The translations under genes were made by a program, and so were the position numbers. From Pseudomonadota bacterium (GTDB lineage: Bacteria; UBA10199; 2-02-FULL-44-16; JBDRGF01): a stretch of 64,000 nucleotides of DNA. Under the pieces are notes generated by a model that did not search any database, was not told the origin of the DNA, and saw only the letters and a program-made list of their open reading frames with translations. The stretch covers positions 17,623-81,622 of the forward strand of contig JBDRGF010000159.1 in assembly GCA_043818055.1 (NCBI GenBank), read 5' to 3'. Each line of letters begins with the position of its first letter. Positions within the stretch are counted from its first letter, which is position 1. Below, piece by piece: positions 31,547-41,938 of this stretch.

Positions 31547-31736
31547 CACAAATCTCCCCTCTAGCTAAGTTCTCTGAGATTTGCAACATCCTTTCTCATT
31601 TTTTAGTCCAAAATCTCAACCCATAAGTATGCATATCAAAGTAAACCAAGAGGCAATATCGAGTTCGAGGCACACGAAACTGAATTGATCAATACTACAT
31701 GCATTTTTTCACTTTAGAAAAATATTTATTCAAGCG

Positions 31737-31907
31737 ATGACGTAACGGCACTGCCTCCATTACCAAAAATGAAGATGTTTACCGCATTTTCATACGCTAG
31801 AATAAGTTCAGAAATAAAACCCTTAAACTCTCTCTCATCAACTTTATCAAAGATGTTGATCAGTTCGGTAAAATATTGTCTCAAGAAGACCTCTTTCATA
31901 ATAAACT
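31737..31907 (-). pseudogene. gmhA: Truncated gmhA (N-terminal 56 aa of sedoheptulose-7-P isomerase)
   Basis: MKEVFLRQYFTELINIFDKVDEREFKGFISELILAYENAVNIFIFGNGGSAVTSSLE* parallels the N-terminus of the intact gmhA at 19080..19670. It sits directly downstream of hddA. Confidence 0.5.
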
Positions 31908-31908
31908 A

Positions 31909-32877
31909 TTACTCGCGGAATAACAATTTGGAACCTTCCGAATCGATGCTAAATGGTAGCGACCTACACCCCATTTTCTGTTCCAATTGTCCATGATCCA
32001 CCGCATAAACAAGCATAAAACCAGCCCCGCCAGCGCCCAGAAGCTTACCACCCGACGCTCCACCCTCTATTGCCTTTTTGTACATTGCATCGATCTCATG
32101 ATTAGAAATACCTGACGCAAGTTCCCTTTTGTAACACCACCCTTTATTTAAATATTCTCCGACTAAATCGTACTTACCCTTCGAGAGTTTGTCCTTTAGA
32201 TCATCTGCCATGGAAGCCATGTCTTTCACGCACAGCATCATTGAATCCTGAGATAAGTTATCTCTTTGTCTGGAAAGAATATCTGCCGATCGCCTCTCTC
32301 CACCCGTGTAATATAAACGTAAACATTCTTCAAACTTCTTAATAGTAACGATGTCCAATTCGATCGGATACACATTTACAGTTTCATCCTTATTAAATCT
32401 AATATAATTAAGTCCTCCGTAGGCAACGGCATATTGGTCCTGTTTTCCAACAGGATCTCCAAGAACATCCATCTCTATTTCACATGATTCCCTAGCCAAT
32501 CGTTCCTTTGAAACTTCAATTCCCCTATAAGCATAGAGAGCATTCAAAAGGCCGACTGTAAACGAACTGGATGAACCAAGGCCAGTACCCTTAGGGACAT
32601 CAGCAAAGCTTGCTATCTCGATACCTTTATCAATTTCCACTTTTTCCAAACAAGCCTTAACAATCGGATGCTTAATATCTTTAACGTTGGAAACATCTTC
32701 GGTTTTAGAATATTTTACGCGTATCTTGTCATGAAAGTAAGGATGAATCACTATGTACATGTACTTTCTAATCGCAGCACTCACAACAGATCCATAGCCA
32801 CTCTTCGAATAAAATTCTCTCAAATCGCTTCCTCCACCGACAAAACTCACTCTAAAAGGAGTTCTCGTTATTATCAT
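31909..32877 (-). CDS. hddA: GHMP-family D-glycero-alpha-D-manno-heptose 7-phosphate kinase
   Basis: MIITRTPFRVSFVGGGSD...PKGTGLGSSSSF GHMP motifs. Confidence 0.7.
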   Translation of the reverse strand: MIITRTPFRVSFVGGGSDLREFYSKSGYGSVVSAAIRKYMYIVIHPYFHDKIRVKYSKTEDVSNVKDIKHPIVKACLEKVEIDKGIEIASFADVPKGTGLGSSSSFTVGLLNALYAYRGIEVSKERLARESCEIEMDVLGDPVGKQDQYAVAYGGLNYIRFNKDETVNVYPIELDIVTIKKFEECLRLYYTGGERRSADILSRQRDNLSQDSMMLCVKDMASMADDLKDKLSKGKYDLVGEYLNKGWCYKRELASGISNHEIDAMYKKAIEGGASGGKLLGAGGAGFMLVYAVDHGQLEQKMGCRSLPFSIDSEGSKLLFRE

Positions 32878-32878
32878 A

Positions 32879-34213
32879 CTATATCGCCATCCTACTGTTT
32901 AAAATCACATTGACCGCTTCTTCCAAATTATCGCAGATAAAATCTGGGTTTATTGAAGTATTTTGATTTTTATCATCGTTATTTTTCCGAAGTAATATAG
33001 ATCTCAACCCTGCATTAATAGCGGCTTGAATATCTATCACTGAATCACCTATCATCCATGAGGATACAAGATCGATGTTATATTGGCTAGCCGCTTTCAT
33101 TATCATTCCCGTCTTCGGTTTTCTACAATCACAGACAATCTTGAACAAAGGATTTTCTTCAGGATATCCCTTATCGGGATGATGCGGACAGAAATAAATC
33201 TCGTCAACATATACCCCGTTTTTACCCAGCAAGGTCTCAAACTTATCGTGAATACTTTTTAGCGTTTCAAGAGAACAAAGATTTCTGGCTACGACTGGCT
33301 GATTCGTAACCACAATTGACAGATAGCCAGATTCGTTGATACGCTTGATGGCCGGTGTTGAAAACGGTAACAACTCGAGATCCTCCGACCTATGCAACAG
33401 ATCTACCTCCTTTACCAAGGTGCCGTCTCTATCCAAAAAGATCGCCGGTCTCTTATTTTTCTTTGAAAGTCTTTTAATTTTACCGTTCGCAAAATCTGAC
33501 TTGACCTTTTCCAGCCTATCGACCGTTCCTACATCTTTGATATACTCAGTGGTTTTGTATCCGCAAAGTTTTTCGAAATTCAGCATGCGAGGAAAGACAT
33601 CTTTAACAAAATCCGAAGCGACACCTTTGCTGATGTATTTAAAAATCCGCGGCGAAAGAACGTACATTGCGGCATTGATCTGATTTGGATAGCATTCCCT
33701 ATCGACGCTCTTTGGCAAAAAACCGACTATCTCCGATTTTACGTCTGTCAACACGATATCGCTGTCATATGGATGATCGTTGGGGTGAACAACAAGAGTT
33801 GCTGCTGCGCATTTTTCTTTATGATATTCAAAAAGATCGTCAAGATCCAGATCGAACATGACATCGCCATATGCAAGAAGAAAGTCCTCATCTATCTCAT
33901 TTTCCAGCGCCTTCAAGCAGCCCGATGTCCCCATTGGCTTATTTTCCAGATAGTGTCTAATATCGATTCCGTGTTCGCTACCGTTGCCAAAATAATCTTC
34001 AATCACATTTCCCATGTATCCTGAAAGAATGATCACTTCCTTTATCCCATGCCTTCTCATGACGTCGATCTGATGCTCGAGTATCGGCTTGCCGGCAATT
34101 TTCAGCATCGGTTTAGGGCAATCGAATGTCAAAGAATGAAGACGCTCCCCACGTCCTCCTGCCAGTATCACTGCTTTGCGAACAGAATGTTGTAACCGAA
34201 CTAAGCTTCTCAT
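32879..34213 (-). CDS. Bifunctional sugar-1-phosphate nucleotidyltransferase (HddC-like) / HAD D,D-heptose-1,7-bisphosphate phosphatase (GmhB-like)
   Basis: N-terminal AVILAGGRGERL...KPML NTP-transferase domain. C-terminal FLDRDGTL...VTNQ HAD motifs I/II of the GmhB type. Confidence 0.7.
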   Translation of the reverse strand: MRSLVRLQHSVRKAVILAGGRGERLHSLTFDCPKPMLKIAGKPILEHQIDVMRRHGIKEVIILSGYMGNVIEDYFGNGSEHGIDIRHYLENKPMGTSGCLKALENEIDEDFLLAYGDVMFDLDLDDLFEYHKEKCAAATLVVHPNDHPYDSDIVLTDVKSEIVGFLPKSVDRECYPNQINAAMYVLSPRIFKYISKGVASDFVKDVFPRMLNFEKLCGYKTTEYIKDVGTVDRLEKVKSDFANGKIKRLSKKNKRPAIFLDRDGTLVKEVDLLHRSEDLELLPFSTPAIKRINESGYLSIVVTNQPVVARNLCSLETLKSIHDKFETLLGKNGVYVDEIYFCPHHPDKGYPEENPLFKIVCDCRKPKTGMIMKAASQYNIDLVSSWMIGDSVIDIQAAINAGLRSILLRKNNDDKNQNTSINPDFICDNLEEAVNVILNSRMAI

Positions 34214-34216
34214 TAT

Positions 34217-34585
34217 CTATTTTTGGATATTTCCGTCTCTGCTGTTAAGCGTTGATAATTCACTTTCGAATATAGCTAGCTGTTGAATAAGCCGTCTGAT
34301 CTGACGTCTCTGGGAAGTGATAACAATCGAAAACTGCAAGCACATCAATAATACGACTATCAGCCCCAGAAAAAAAAGCGTATTTGCCGGAGCAACCACT
34401 CCAATCAAATGCGTCAAATAAATAAGCCATTCATATTTTACTACGATCAGTGTTGTTACGACACCTATCGCCAACCATAACCAGCAATAAGCCACATCCA
34501 GACGCCCTTTTTGAATCAATCTTATGATTAATAGCAATAAAGAAAGTGCAACGAACAAAAATACAATTACCTGATGTAAAGACAT
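34217..34585 (-). CDS. DUF2304-like small membrane protein
   Basis: 122 aa, 3-4 TM segments, located directly after a GtrB-like GT2. Confidence 0.5.
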   Translation of the reverse strand: MSLHQVIVFLFVALSLLLLIIRLIQKGRLDVAYCWLWLAIGVVTTLIVVKYEWLIYLTHLIGVVAPANTLFFLGLIVVLLMCLQFSIVITSQRRQIRRLIQQLAIFESELSTLNSRDGNIQK

Positions 34586-34610
34586 TAATCGCTCCTTTAC
34601 AAAATTTTAA

Positions 34611-35363
34611 TCATAATTCTTCAGAAACTTCGGACTGGTTGGACAATCTTCGAAGGCTTCTCTTGTTCAAACGAACAATAAACAAAGATAAAAACATTTT
34701 GAACACATAATATAGCGGTTTGACACCAGAATGCATAGAAACACCCTTAATTCTGTTCAACATTTTTACGGGCACTTCTTTGATTCTTAAGCCTGCAAAT
34801 TTTGACATCATAATCACATCGGCATCAGGATAATCATGTGGAAAAAGGCCACTGGCAAAAAGCCTTAACGATCGTTTATCCAGCCCCTGGAATCCAGACG
34901 TCGAATCGCTTATGTGAAATCCGGATAATAAATAAACAACGGTTGAAAACAATTTCTGTCCGATTTTTCTGAAGATAGAATGTGAATAATCACAATCGTT
35001 TCTGTCCCCAATAACAATATCCGCCTCGTTATTTTCAAGAATAGAAAGGATCTTTAACAACTCAGAGGCAAGATGTTGTCCGTCTCCATCCATTTGTAAA
35101 ACAAAATCATAGTTTTTCTTAATCGCATATAGATAACCGGTTTCTAAGGCGGCTCCATATCCCAAGTTGAAAGTATGAGAAACAACTTTTGCACCGACAC
35201 TTATGGCTTTTAATCGAGTTTTATCATATGAACCATCATCTACAACCAAAATATCTGCTGCAGGAACAGATTTGGCTATTTCACTTACAACTTCAGCTAC
35301 ATTGTTCTGTTCGTTGAATGCTGGAACAATAACCAGAATATGCTTTAACGTTTTGAAAGTCAT
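34611..35363 (-). CDS. GT2 polyprenyl-phosphate sugar transferase (GtrB/DPM1-like)
   Basis: VIVPAFNEQNNV...LVVDDGSYDKT...QMDGDGQH motifs. Confidence 0.75.
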   Translation of the reverse strand: MTFKTLKHILVIVPAFNEQNNVAEVVSEIAKSVPAADILVVDDGSYDKTRLKAISVGAKVVSHTFNLGYGAALETGYLYAIKKNYDFVLQMDGDGQHLASELLKILSILENNEADIVIGDRNDCDYSHSIFRKIGQKLFSTVVYLLSGFHISDSTSGFQGLDKRSLRLFASGLFPHDYPDADVIMMSKFAGLRIKEVPVKMLNRIKGVSMHSGVKPLYYVFKMFLSLFIVRLNKRSLRRLSNQSEVSEEL

Positions 35364-35388
35364 AAACTATTAATTCATTTATATTACT

Positions 35389-36459
35389 TTATCTTTTTGA
35401 ATAATTCTTATCAATCCATTCCCTATACTTATTACTTCGAATGTTTTCAATCCATGTTTCATTTGTCAAATACCACTTAAGAGTCTCTTCTAGAGCCAAT
35501 TCAAATCCATAATATTGTTTCCATCCAAGCTCTGTTTTTATTCTATCACAATTTATTGCATATCTTTTGTCATGACCTGGGCGATCCTTAATGTGTGTAA
35601 TTAATTTTTTATAATAATCGCTCGGTTTATCTACTATCATGGACATCTTTTCACAGAGAGTATTTACTAATCTAATATTTTCCCATTCATTCTCACCGCC
35701 GATGTTGTATGTCGCACCAAGCTTCCCCGCATTCAAAATCAACCAGACAGCGCTGTTATGATCATCAACATAAAGCCAATCACGAATATTCTTACCATCA
35801 CCATAAACCGGCAATGGCTTTTCTTCTTTCATATTCATAATCATTAATGGAATTAGTTTTTCAGGAAATTGATAAGGACCATAATTATTAGAACAGTTTG
35901 AGATTGTAATAGGCAATCCATAAGTATGATAATATGCCATCACCAGATGGTCAGATGAAGCTTTTGAAGCTGAATACGGGCTTCTTGGATCATACGGGGT
36001 ATCTTCATAAAAATATCCATTATCTTGGAGAGAACCATATACTTCGTCGGTACTAATATGATGAAACAACACACCATTTATGCCGCTCCAGTTTTCACGC
36101 GCCACTTCAAGAAGCGAGAACGTTCCAATGATATTTGTATGAACAAAATCTTTTGGACCATGAATCGATCTGTCAACGTGTGATTCAGCGGCAAAATGGA
36201 CCACAGTGTCAATATCAAATTTGTCAAATATTTCCTTTATTTTTTGACAATCACATATATCTGCTTTTTCAAAACAATATCTTTCGTTTCCAAATTCATT
36301 TTGAATATCTAGTAAATTTTCAAGATTGCCAGCATATGTGAGCTTATCGACATTTATTATTCGTCCTGTGAAATCCGTTTTTTTAAATACATAACGAATA
36401 AAATTCGAACCAATAAAACCAGCACCGCCAGTGACCATTATGTTTTTTAGTTTTCTCAT
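35389..36459 (-). CDS. rfbB: dTDP-glucose 4,6-dehydratase
   Basis: IMVTGGAGFIGSNFIRY...VHFAAESHVDRSI...YSASKASSDH. Confidence 0.9.
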   Translation of the reverse strand: MRKLKNIMVTGGAGFIGSNFIRYVFKKTDFTGRIINVDKLTYAGNLENLLDIQNEFGNERYCFEKADICDCQKIKEIFDKFDIDTVVHFAAESHVDRSIHGPKDFVHTNIIGTFSLLEVARENWSGINGVLFHHISTDEVYGSLQDNGYFYEDTPYDPRSPYSASKASSDHLVMAYYHTYGLPITISNCSNNYGPYQFPEKLIPLMIMNMKEEKPLPVYGDGKNIRDWLYVDDHNSAVWLILNAGKLGATYNIGGENEWENIRLVNTLCEKMSMIVDKPSDYYKKLITHIKDRPGHDKRYAINCDRIKTELGWKQYYGFELALEETLKWYLTNETWIENIRSNKYREWIDKNYSKR

Positions 36460-36470
36460 ATCTTCCTATT

Positions 36471-37331
36471 TTAAGTCAGCGACTTGATGAATTCATCTAA
36501 AGCTGAGTTCCAACTTCTGTTTTTAAAACCAAAAGTGTCCAACATTTTATTTTTTGATAAACATGAATTTTTAGGTCTAATCGCCCTTGTTGGATAATCC
36601 TTGGTGCTTATTGGAACAATGCTTACATCGTTTTCTACTAATCCATATTCTTTCGCAAATTCATATATCTTACAAGCAAATTCATACCATGTCGTGGCAC
36701 CATCATTAGTAAAATTATAAATTCCGTATTTTACTGAGTTTGAAACAACTATATTTAATATAAATTTTGCTAAATCCTTCGTAAAGGTCGGACTGCCACA
36801 TTGATCATTAACTACTTTTACAACATCCTTTTCATTGAAAAGCTTTATCATTGAACAGACAAAATTATTTCCATTTTTTCCATAAAGCCATGCTGTCCTG
36901 ATAATAAAATGTTTTTCAAAATTATTTCGAATATTTTTTTCACCTTGAACCTTGCTCTTCCCATAAATCCCCAATGGATTTGGCACATCATTTTCAAAAT
37001 ACTCAGCAGCTTTGTTCCCATCAAAAACATAATCAGTCGATAAATGAATCAATTTCGCACCAATTTCTCTAGCAACATTTGTAATATTTAAAACGCCGTC
37101 CGAATTGATTTTATAAGCAAGTTCCATTTCACCCTCTGCCCTATCTACTGCTGTATAGGCCGAACAATTTATAATCCAATTTATTTTTTTAGCTTCAATA
37201 AATTTTTTGAGTTGATCGGCGTTGCAAATGTCGACTTCTTTGTCAGATACAACAAAATTCAATTTTCTACTAGTCAACAATCGTTCAACATCTGAGCCAA
37301 GCATACCTTTGTTTCCAATAAGCCAAATCAT
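36471..37331 (-). CDS. rfbD: dTDP-4-dehydrorhamnose reductase
   Basis: MIWLIGNKGMLGSDV and an overall RmlD-like sequence. Operon position after rfbC. Confidence 0.85.
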   Translation of the reverse strand: MIWLIGNKGMLGSDVERLLTSRKLNFVVSDKEVDICNADQLKKFIEAKKINWIINCSAYTAVDRAEGEMELAYKINSDGVLNITNVAREIGAKLIHLSTDYVFDGNKAAEYFENDVPNPLGIYGKSKVQGEKNIRNNFEKHFIIRTAWLYGKNGNNFVCSMIKLFNEKDVVKVVNDQCGSPTFTKDLAKFILNIVVSNSVKYGIYNFTNDGATTWYEFACKIYEFAKEYGLVENDVSIVPISTKDYPTRAIRPKNSCLSKNKMLDTFGFKNRSWNSALDEFIKSLT

Positions 37332-37885
37332 TTGTATTCAAAATTATTATCGGCACATTCTAATGTTGGATTTCCTTTATCTTTATCGGAAAGAATAGGG
37401 CTTAAAGTGGGCCAATTTATGTTTATTATTGGGTCATTCCAAATAATTCCTTTGTCATTTTTTGAATCATATTCGGCGGAACATTTATAAACTATTTCTG
37501 TCATGTCACATTTTGCAAAAAAACCATGAGCAAAACCTGGTGGAATATATAACATATGTGCATTTTCCTCAGAAAGATCGGCAAAAATCCATTTACCATA
37601 GGTTGGCGAGCCTTTTCTTATATCAACCGCAACATCATATATTTCACCCCTTACACACCTAATAAGCTTTCCTTGTGCAGAAGGATTCTTTTGATAATGT
37701 AACCCTCTTAATGTATTCTTCGATGAACTTGAGTGATTATCTTGTAGAAATCTTATATTGACACCTGCATTTGTAAAATCAAGCTCCTTATATGTTTCTA
37801 TAAAAAAACCCCTTTTGTCACGTAATATTTTTGGTTTAATTAAAACTACTTCTGGAATTGCAAGTTTTTGGAATATAAATGACAT
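37328..37885 (-). CDS. rfbC: dTDP-4-dehydrorhamnose 3,5-epimerase
   Basis: EVVLIKPKILRDKRGFFIETY...RGLHYQ RmlC signature. Confidence 0.85.
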   Translation of the reverse strand: MSFIFQKLAIPEVVLIKPKILRDKRGFFIETYKELDFTNAGVNIRFLQDNHSSSSKNTLRGLHYQKNPSAQGKLIRCVRGEIYDVAVDIRKGSPTYGKWIFADLSEENAHMLYIPPGFAHGFFAKCDMTEIVYKCSAEYDSKNDKGIIWNDPIININWPTLSPILSDKDKGNPTLECADNNFEYK

Positions 37886-37892
37886 AATAGTT

Positions 37893-38795
37893 TTATTTCA
37901 ATATATTCATCAAGTAACTTCCATATGAATTTTTCTTTAAAGAGTCTGCCAATTTGATAAATTGATTATCATCTATATAGCCTAAAGCGTGCGCAATTTC
38001 CTCAATACACGCAATTTTCAACCCTTGCCTTTTTTCTATGGCTGATACATAATTTGACGCTTCTAAAAGGGATTCATGAGTTCCAGTATCAAGCCAAGAG
38101 AATCCTCTGCCCAGTATTTCAACGCGAAGTTGATTTTCCTTCAAATACTTTTTATTAACATCCGTAATTTCCAATTCCCCCCTTCGGGAGGGAGTTATTG
38201 TTTTTGCTATTTTAACAACGTCATTGTCATAAAAATAGAGTCCAGTAACAGCAAAATTTGATTTTGGTTGTTCTGGTTTTTCTTCTAATGAAACAACTCT
38301 GCCACTTTCATCAAACTCTACTATACCATATCTTTCTGGATCATTAACAAAAGAACCGAATACAGTTGATCCACCCTCTGTTTCAACAGCTTTTACAGCC
38401 TTTCTAAGTATGTCGACTAATCCATGTCCATAAAACACATTATCACCTAATATTAAACTTACTGCCTGCTTTCCTATAAAATCCTCACCAATGATAAATG
38501 CTTCTGCAAGGCCATTTGGTTGCAGCTGTTCCTTATATGACAACTTCAAACCCAATTGAGAACCATCGTTGAATATTTCTTTAAATCTAGGTACGTCCTG
38601 TGGAGTGGATATTATCAATATTTCCCGTATTCCAGCTAACATCAAAACGGACAAGGGGTAATAAATCATAGGTTTGTCATAGATTGGCAGCAACTGTTTA
38701 CAAACCGCTGTTGTAATAGGATAAAGTCTAGATCCACTTCCACCAGCTAAGATTATTCCCTTCATAGTTATCTCCAATTTACTTTTGGTTTTCAT
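37893..38795 (-). CDS. rfbA: Glucose-1-phosphate thymidylyltransferase (likely true start at the internal MKGIILAGG)
   Basis: [18 protein letters not shown]...[10 protein letters not shown] RmlA motifs. Confidence 0.9.
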   Translation of the reverse strand: MKTKSKLEITMKGIILAGGSGSRLYPITTAVCKQLLPIYDKPMIYYPLSVLMLAGIREILIISTPQDVPRFKEIFNDGSQLGLKLSYKEQLQPNGLAEAFIIGEDFIGKQAVSLILGDNVFYGHGLVDILRKAVKAVETEGGSTVFGSFVNDPERYGIVEFDESGRVVSLEEKPEQPKSNFAVTGLYFYDNDVVKIAKTITPSRRGELEITDVNKKYLKENQLRVEILGRGFSWLDTGTHESLLEASNYVSAIEKRQGLKIACIEEIAHALGYIDDNQFIKLADSLKKNSYGSYLMNILK

Positions 38796-39973
38796 CCATT
38801 AATATTTTCAACTACATACCTGCTAAACGAAAAAGCACATGTAAACGCAGGGGAAACAGCATTTAGAATATGGGTTGAATTTTCACCATGCTCGACTACA
38901 AAATCCATAACCAGATCCATTGAATGTTTATCAACAAGTTGCGCACGAATGCCAGGCTCAAGATATTTTCCAAATTTTAGATAGTCAACTGTTTTTGTCA
39001 TATATGTTGCTTGGCTTGTCATATATTTTTTATAATATTTTCGTATTTCATCAAATGCAAGTGAACGAAATTCAGGTTTTGTCAGAAACATCCTTGATTC
39101 GTAAAGCACAACTTCCATCAGTTCCTTGACCTTAAAACCCTTTCCAATACTGTAATTCTCTCTCCAAAACGCTGGCATTGATGTTGGGCCTATTTTTACA
39201 CTTCCATCAACTTTTTTTGTATAATGAACTCCCAAAAATGGATTTTTCAGATTGGGTACTGGATAGACATGCATTCGCAAAAAATCATCATCATTATATT
39301 TAACATACATACCTTTAAATGGAATCAGCGTGTACTTTTTCCCAACACCATATTGATGAGCAATCCTATCTGCATAAAGTCCGCCACAATTGATCAAATG
39401 CTTATATCCTATCCTGCCTTTATTTGTAATAACAGTTTTTTTACTATGTCCTTCAAATGTTGTATTAAACAAAATCTGTGAATTTTTCCCTAGATCATCG
39501 ACTATAGATTTACAAACAGCTTTTGGATCAACAGAAGATGTCGTCGGGGAATAAAGTGCTTTTTTATATGTCTTTGCATTTGGTTCAAGTTTTGAAAGTT
39601 CTTTTTCATCTATAATCTTTATAAAGACGCCATTTGTCTTTCCACGCTTTTCCAGTTCTAACAGCGTATTCAATTCCTGTTCATCCTTTGCAACAACCAC
39701 TTTTCCGCAACGATTTATCTTTAGACCTTTTTGTAGACAATAATCGGTCAATAATTTATTTCCATCACGCGTAAATCTCGCCTTCAGTGAATCTGCTGTA
39801 TAATAAAAACCCGCATGAAGAACTCCGCTGTTTCGTCCGCTGGAATGTAGAGCAACAGTGTTTTCCTTTTCCAGAATGACGATTTTGGAATCGGGATATC
39901 TCGTTGAAAGTTCACGTGTAATTGAAAGCCCTATTATTCCTGCGCCAACTATTACAAAATCCGCTTCAATCAT
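38792..39973 (-). CDS. FAD-dependent oxidoreductase, L-2-hydroxyglutarate oxidase (LhgO)-like
   Basis: [18 protein letters not shown]...[24 protein letters not shown] aligns with the LhgO/YgaF N-terminus. Overlaps the rfbA start by 4 nt. Confidence 0.65.
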   Translation of the reverse strand: MIEADFVIVGAGIIGLSITRELSTRYPDSKIVILEKENTVALHSSGRNSGVLHAGFYYTADSLKARFTRDGNKLLTDYCLQKGLKINRCGKVVVAKDEQELNTLLELEKRGKTNGVFIKIIDEKELSKLEPNAKTYKKALYSPTTSSVDPKAVCKSIVDDLGKNSQILFNTTFEGHSKKTVITNKGRIGYKHLINCGGLYADRIAHQYGVGKKYTLIPFKGMYVKYNDDDFLRMHVYPVPNLKNPFLGVHYTKKVDGSVKIGPTSMPAFWRENYSIGKGFKVKELMEVVLYESRMFLTKPEFRSLAFDEIRKYYKKYMTSQATYMTKTVDYLKFGKYLEPGIRAQLVDKHSMDLVMDFVVEHGENSTHILNAVSPAFTCAFSFSRYVVENING

Positions 39974-39989
39974 CCATTCTCCTTTAAAG

Positions 39990-41918
39990 TTAAAAATTTA
40001 CGGTTTTTCCTCTACTATCTTCTTCAGACGCAAATGTATGGATAGTATTTGCTCTATCCAGTCCCCTCACAGCCTCCGCAATCGCCGATGAATCGATGTT
40101 GTGCATTCTTCTCAGATCATTTTGTGAAGTGTGTATGGTAAATTCATCGCTGATGCCAAGTTCGTAGATGGAAAGATCTTTATCTGAAATGTGATTTTTG
40201 ATCAGTGATCCCAGGCCTCCTGTTAAGCTACCCTCTTCAACTGTGATCACATTTGAACAATGTTTGGAAAGTTGGTTGAACAGTGAGAAATCAAACGGCT
40301 TCACAAAACATGGATCGATAACTGTGATATCGATTCCTTCTTCACTCAAAATATTTGCGGCTTTCACGGCTTCGATTACAAGATGGCCGGCTGCCCAGAC
40401 AGTTGTCTGTGGTTTTTCTTTTTCATAAACGATCTGAGCTTTTCCATACTCCAGCGTCTTGGGTAGCCTTTGATATTGCAAAGCAGGAACCTCACCTCTT
40501 GGATAGCGTATGGCCATTGGTCCATTATATTTTGATGCCATAAAAAGCATCTCTCGCAGTGTTTGTTCGTCCCTTGGTGCAGCGATTGTCATATTCGGGA
40601 TCGGATTTAAAAAGGAGATGTCGAAAAGGCCATGATGTGTGGAGCCATCTTCTCCGACAACACCGGCTCTATCGATAGCAAAAATCACCGGGAGATTTTG
40701 CAGACATACGTCGTGAATGATCTGGTCATATGCCCTCTGCAAAAACGTTGAGTATATAGCAACGACCGGTTTATACCCTTGAGTTGCAAGACCGGCAGCG
40801 AATGTTACAGCGTGTCCCTCTGCGATTCCAACATCAAAAAAACGGTCGGGATATTTTTTAGCGAATTTGGTCAAGCCTGTCCCTGTTGTCATTGCTGCTG
40901 TAATTGCTACAATTTTAGGATCGCGATCTGCAAGATCAACGATGGCGTCGCCAAAGGCATCTGTAAATGTCCTTCCACTTGAAGAATGAGTCTCGCCGGT
41001 TGTAATATTGAATGAGCCTATTCCATGAAATTTTGTTGGATTATCTTCAGCCAGTTTATATCCCTTTCCCTTCTTCGTCATCACATGAATGAGAATAGGG
41101 CGTTCACCTATAGACATGCTTTTGACTTCGTTAAATATCCTGATCAGTTCATCTATATTATGGCCATCAATCGGGCCCATATAATCAAAACCGAACGCCT
41201 CAAACAAAAATCCCGGCGTAAAAAAACTGACTGTTGTTTCCTTCGCCCTTTGCACGAGATTGAAAATCACAGTTCCCCAAAATGGTATCCTGAATAATAA
41301 CCTCTTTAATCTTTTATTTAATCTTGAAGCTGTTTTTCCATGAACGTTGATAGAAAAAAACTTTGAGAGTGCTCCCACATTCGGCGAAATGGACATCTCA
41401 TTATCGTTGAGTACAACGATAAGATTCCCCACTTTGTGACCTGCGTTATTCATCGCTTCGAAGGCGAGCCCCCCTGTCATTGCACCATCACCTATCACTG
41501 CAATCGCCCTGTTATCCTTATTTTGTCTCTTCATGGCATGCGCGATTCCAAGTGCAGCTGAGATCGAAGTTGACGAATGTCCGGTGCCAAAGGCATCGTG
41601 TTCACTCTCTGAGATCTTTGGAAAACCGCTTATGCCGTTTGCAGTTCGCAATGTATGAAAGCGATCTCTTCTTCCGGTTAAAATCTTATGCGCATATGAC
41701 TGGTGTCCCACATCCCAGACGACCTTGTCGTTCGGGGAATCAAAAACATAATGAAGTGCTGTGGTCAACTCAACGACACCGAGGCTGGGTGCAAGATGGC
41801 CACCGTTTTTTGAAACGGTATCTACTATCAACTCACGAATTTCTGAGCAGAGATTAGGGAGTTCTCTGGAAGAGAGTTTTTTTAGATCGTTGGGATTGTT
41901 GATTTTTTCTAAAAACAT
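39990..41918 (-). CDS. dxs: 1-deoxy-D-xylulose-5-phosphate synthase (ThDP-dependent)
   Basis: DVGHQSYAHKILTGRR, GTGHSSTSISAALG and GDGAMTGGLAFEAMNNAG DXS signatures. 642 aa. Confidence 0.85.
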   Translation of the reverse strand: MFLEKINNPNDLKKLSSRELPNLCSEIRELIVDTVSKNGGHLAPSLGVVELTTALHYVFDSPNDKVVWDVGHQSYAHKILTGRRDRFHTLRTANGISGFPKISESEHDAFGTGHSSTSISAALGIAHAMKRQNKDNRAIAVIGDGAMTGGLAFEAMNNAGHKVGNLIVVLNDNEMSISPNVGALSKFFSINVHGKTASRLNKRLKRLLFRIPFWGTVIFNLVQRAKETTVSFFTPGFLFEAFGFDYMGPIDGHNIDELIRIFNEVKSMSIGERPILIHVMTKKGKGYKLAEDNPTKFHGIGSFNITTGETHSSSGRTFTDAFGDAIVDLADRDPKIVAITAAMTTGTGLTKFAKKYPDRFFDVGIAEGHAVTFAAGLATQGYKPVVAIYSTFLQRAYDQIIHDVCLQNLPVIFAIDRAGVVGEDGSTHHGLFDISFLNPIPNMTIAAPRDEQTLREMLFMASKYNGPMAIRYPRGEVPALQYQRLPKTLEYGKAQIVYEKEKPQTTVWAAGHLVIEAVKAANILSEEGIDITVIDPCFVKPFDFSLFNQLSKHCSNVITVEEGSLTGGLGSLIKNHISDKDLSIYELGISDEFTIHTSQNDLRRMHNIDSSAIAEAVRGLDRANTIHTFASEEDSRGKTVNF

Positions 41919-41938
41919 TTTTTTAGAAGTCCATCCGC

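Noticed and set aside
39990-41918. dxs as evidence that the glycan locus ends at 38795
   Set aside because: Strand, spacing and 4-nt overlaps continue uninterrupted from dxs through lhgO-like into rfbA. The genes are therefore treated as part of the same transcriptional unit.
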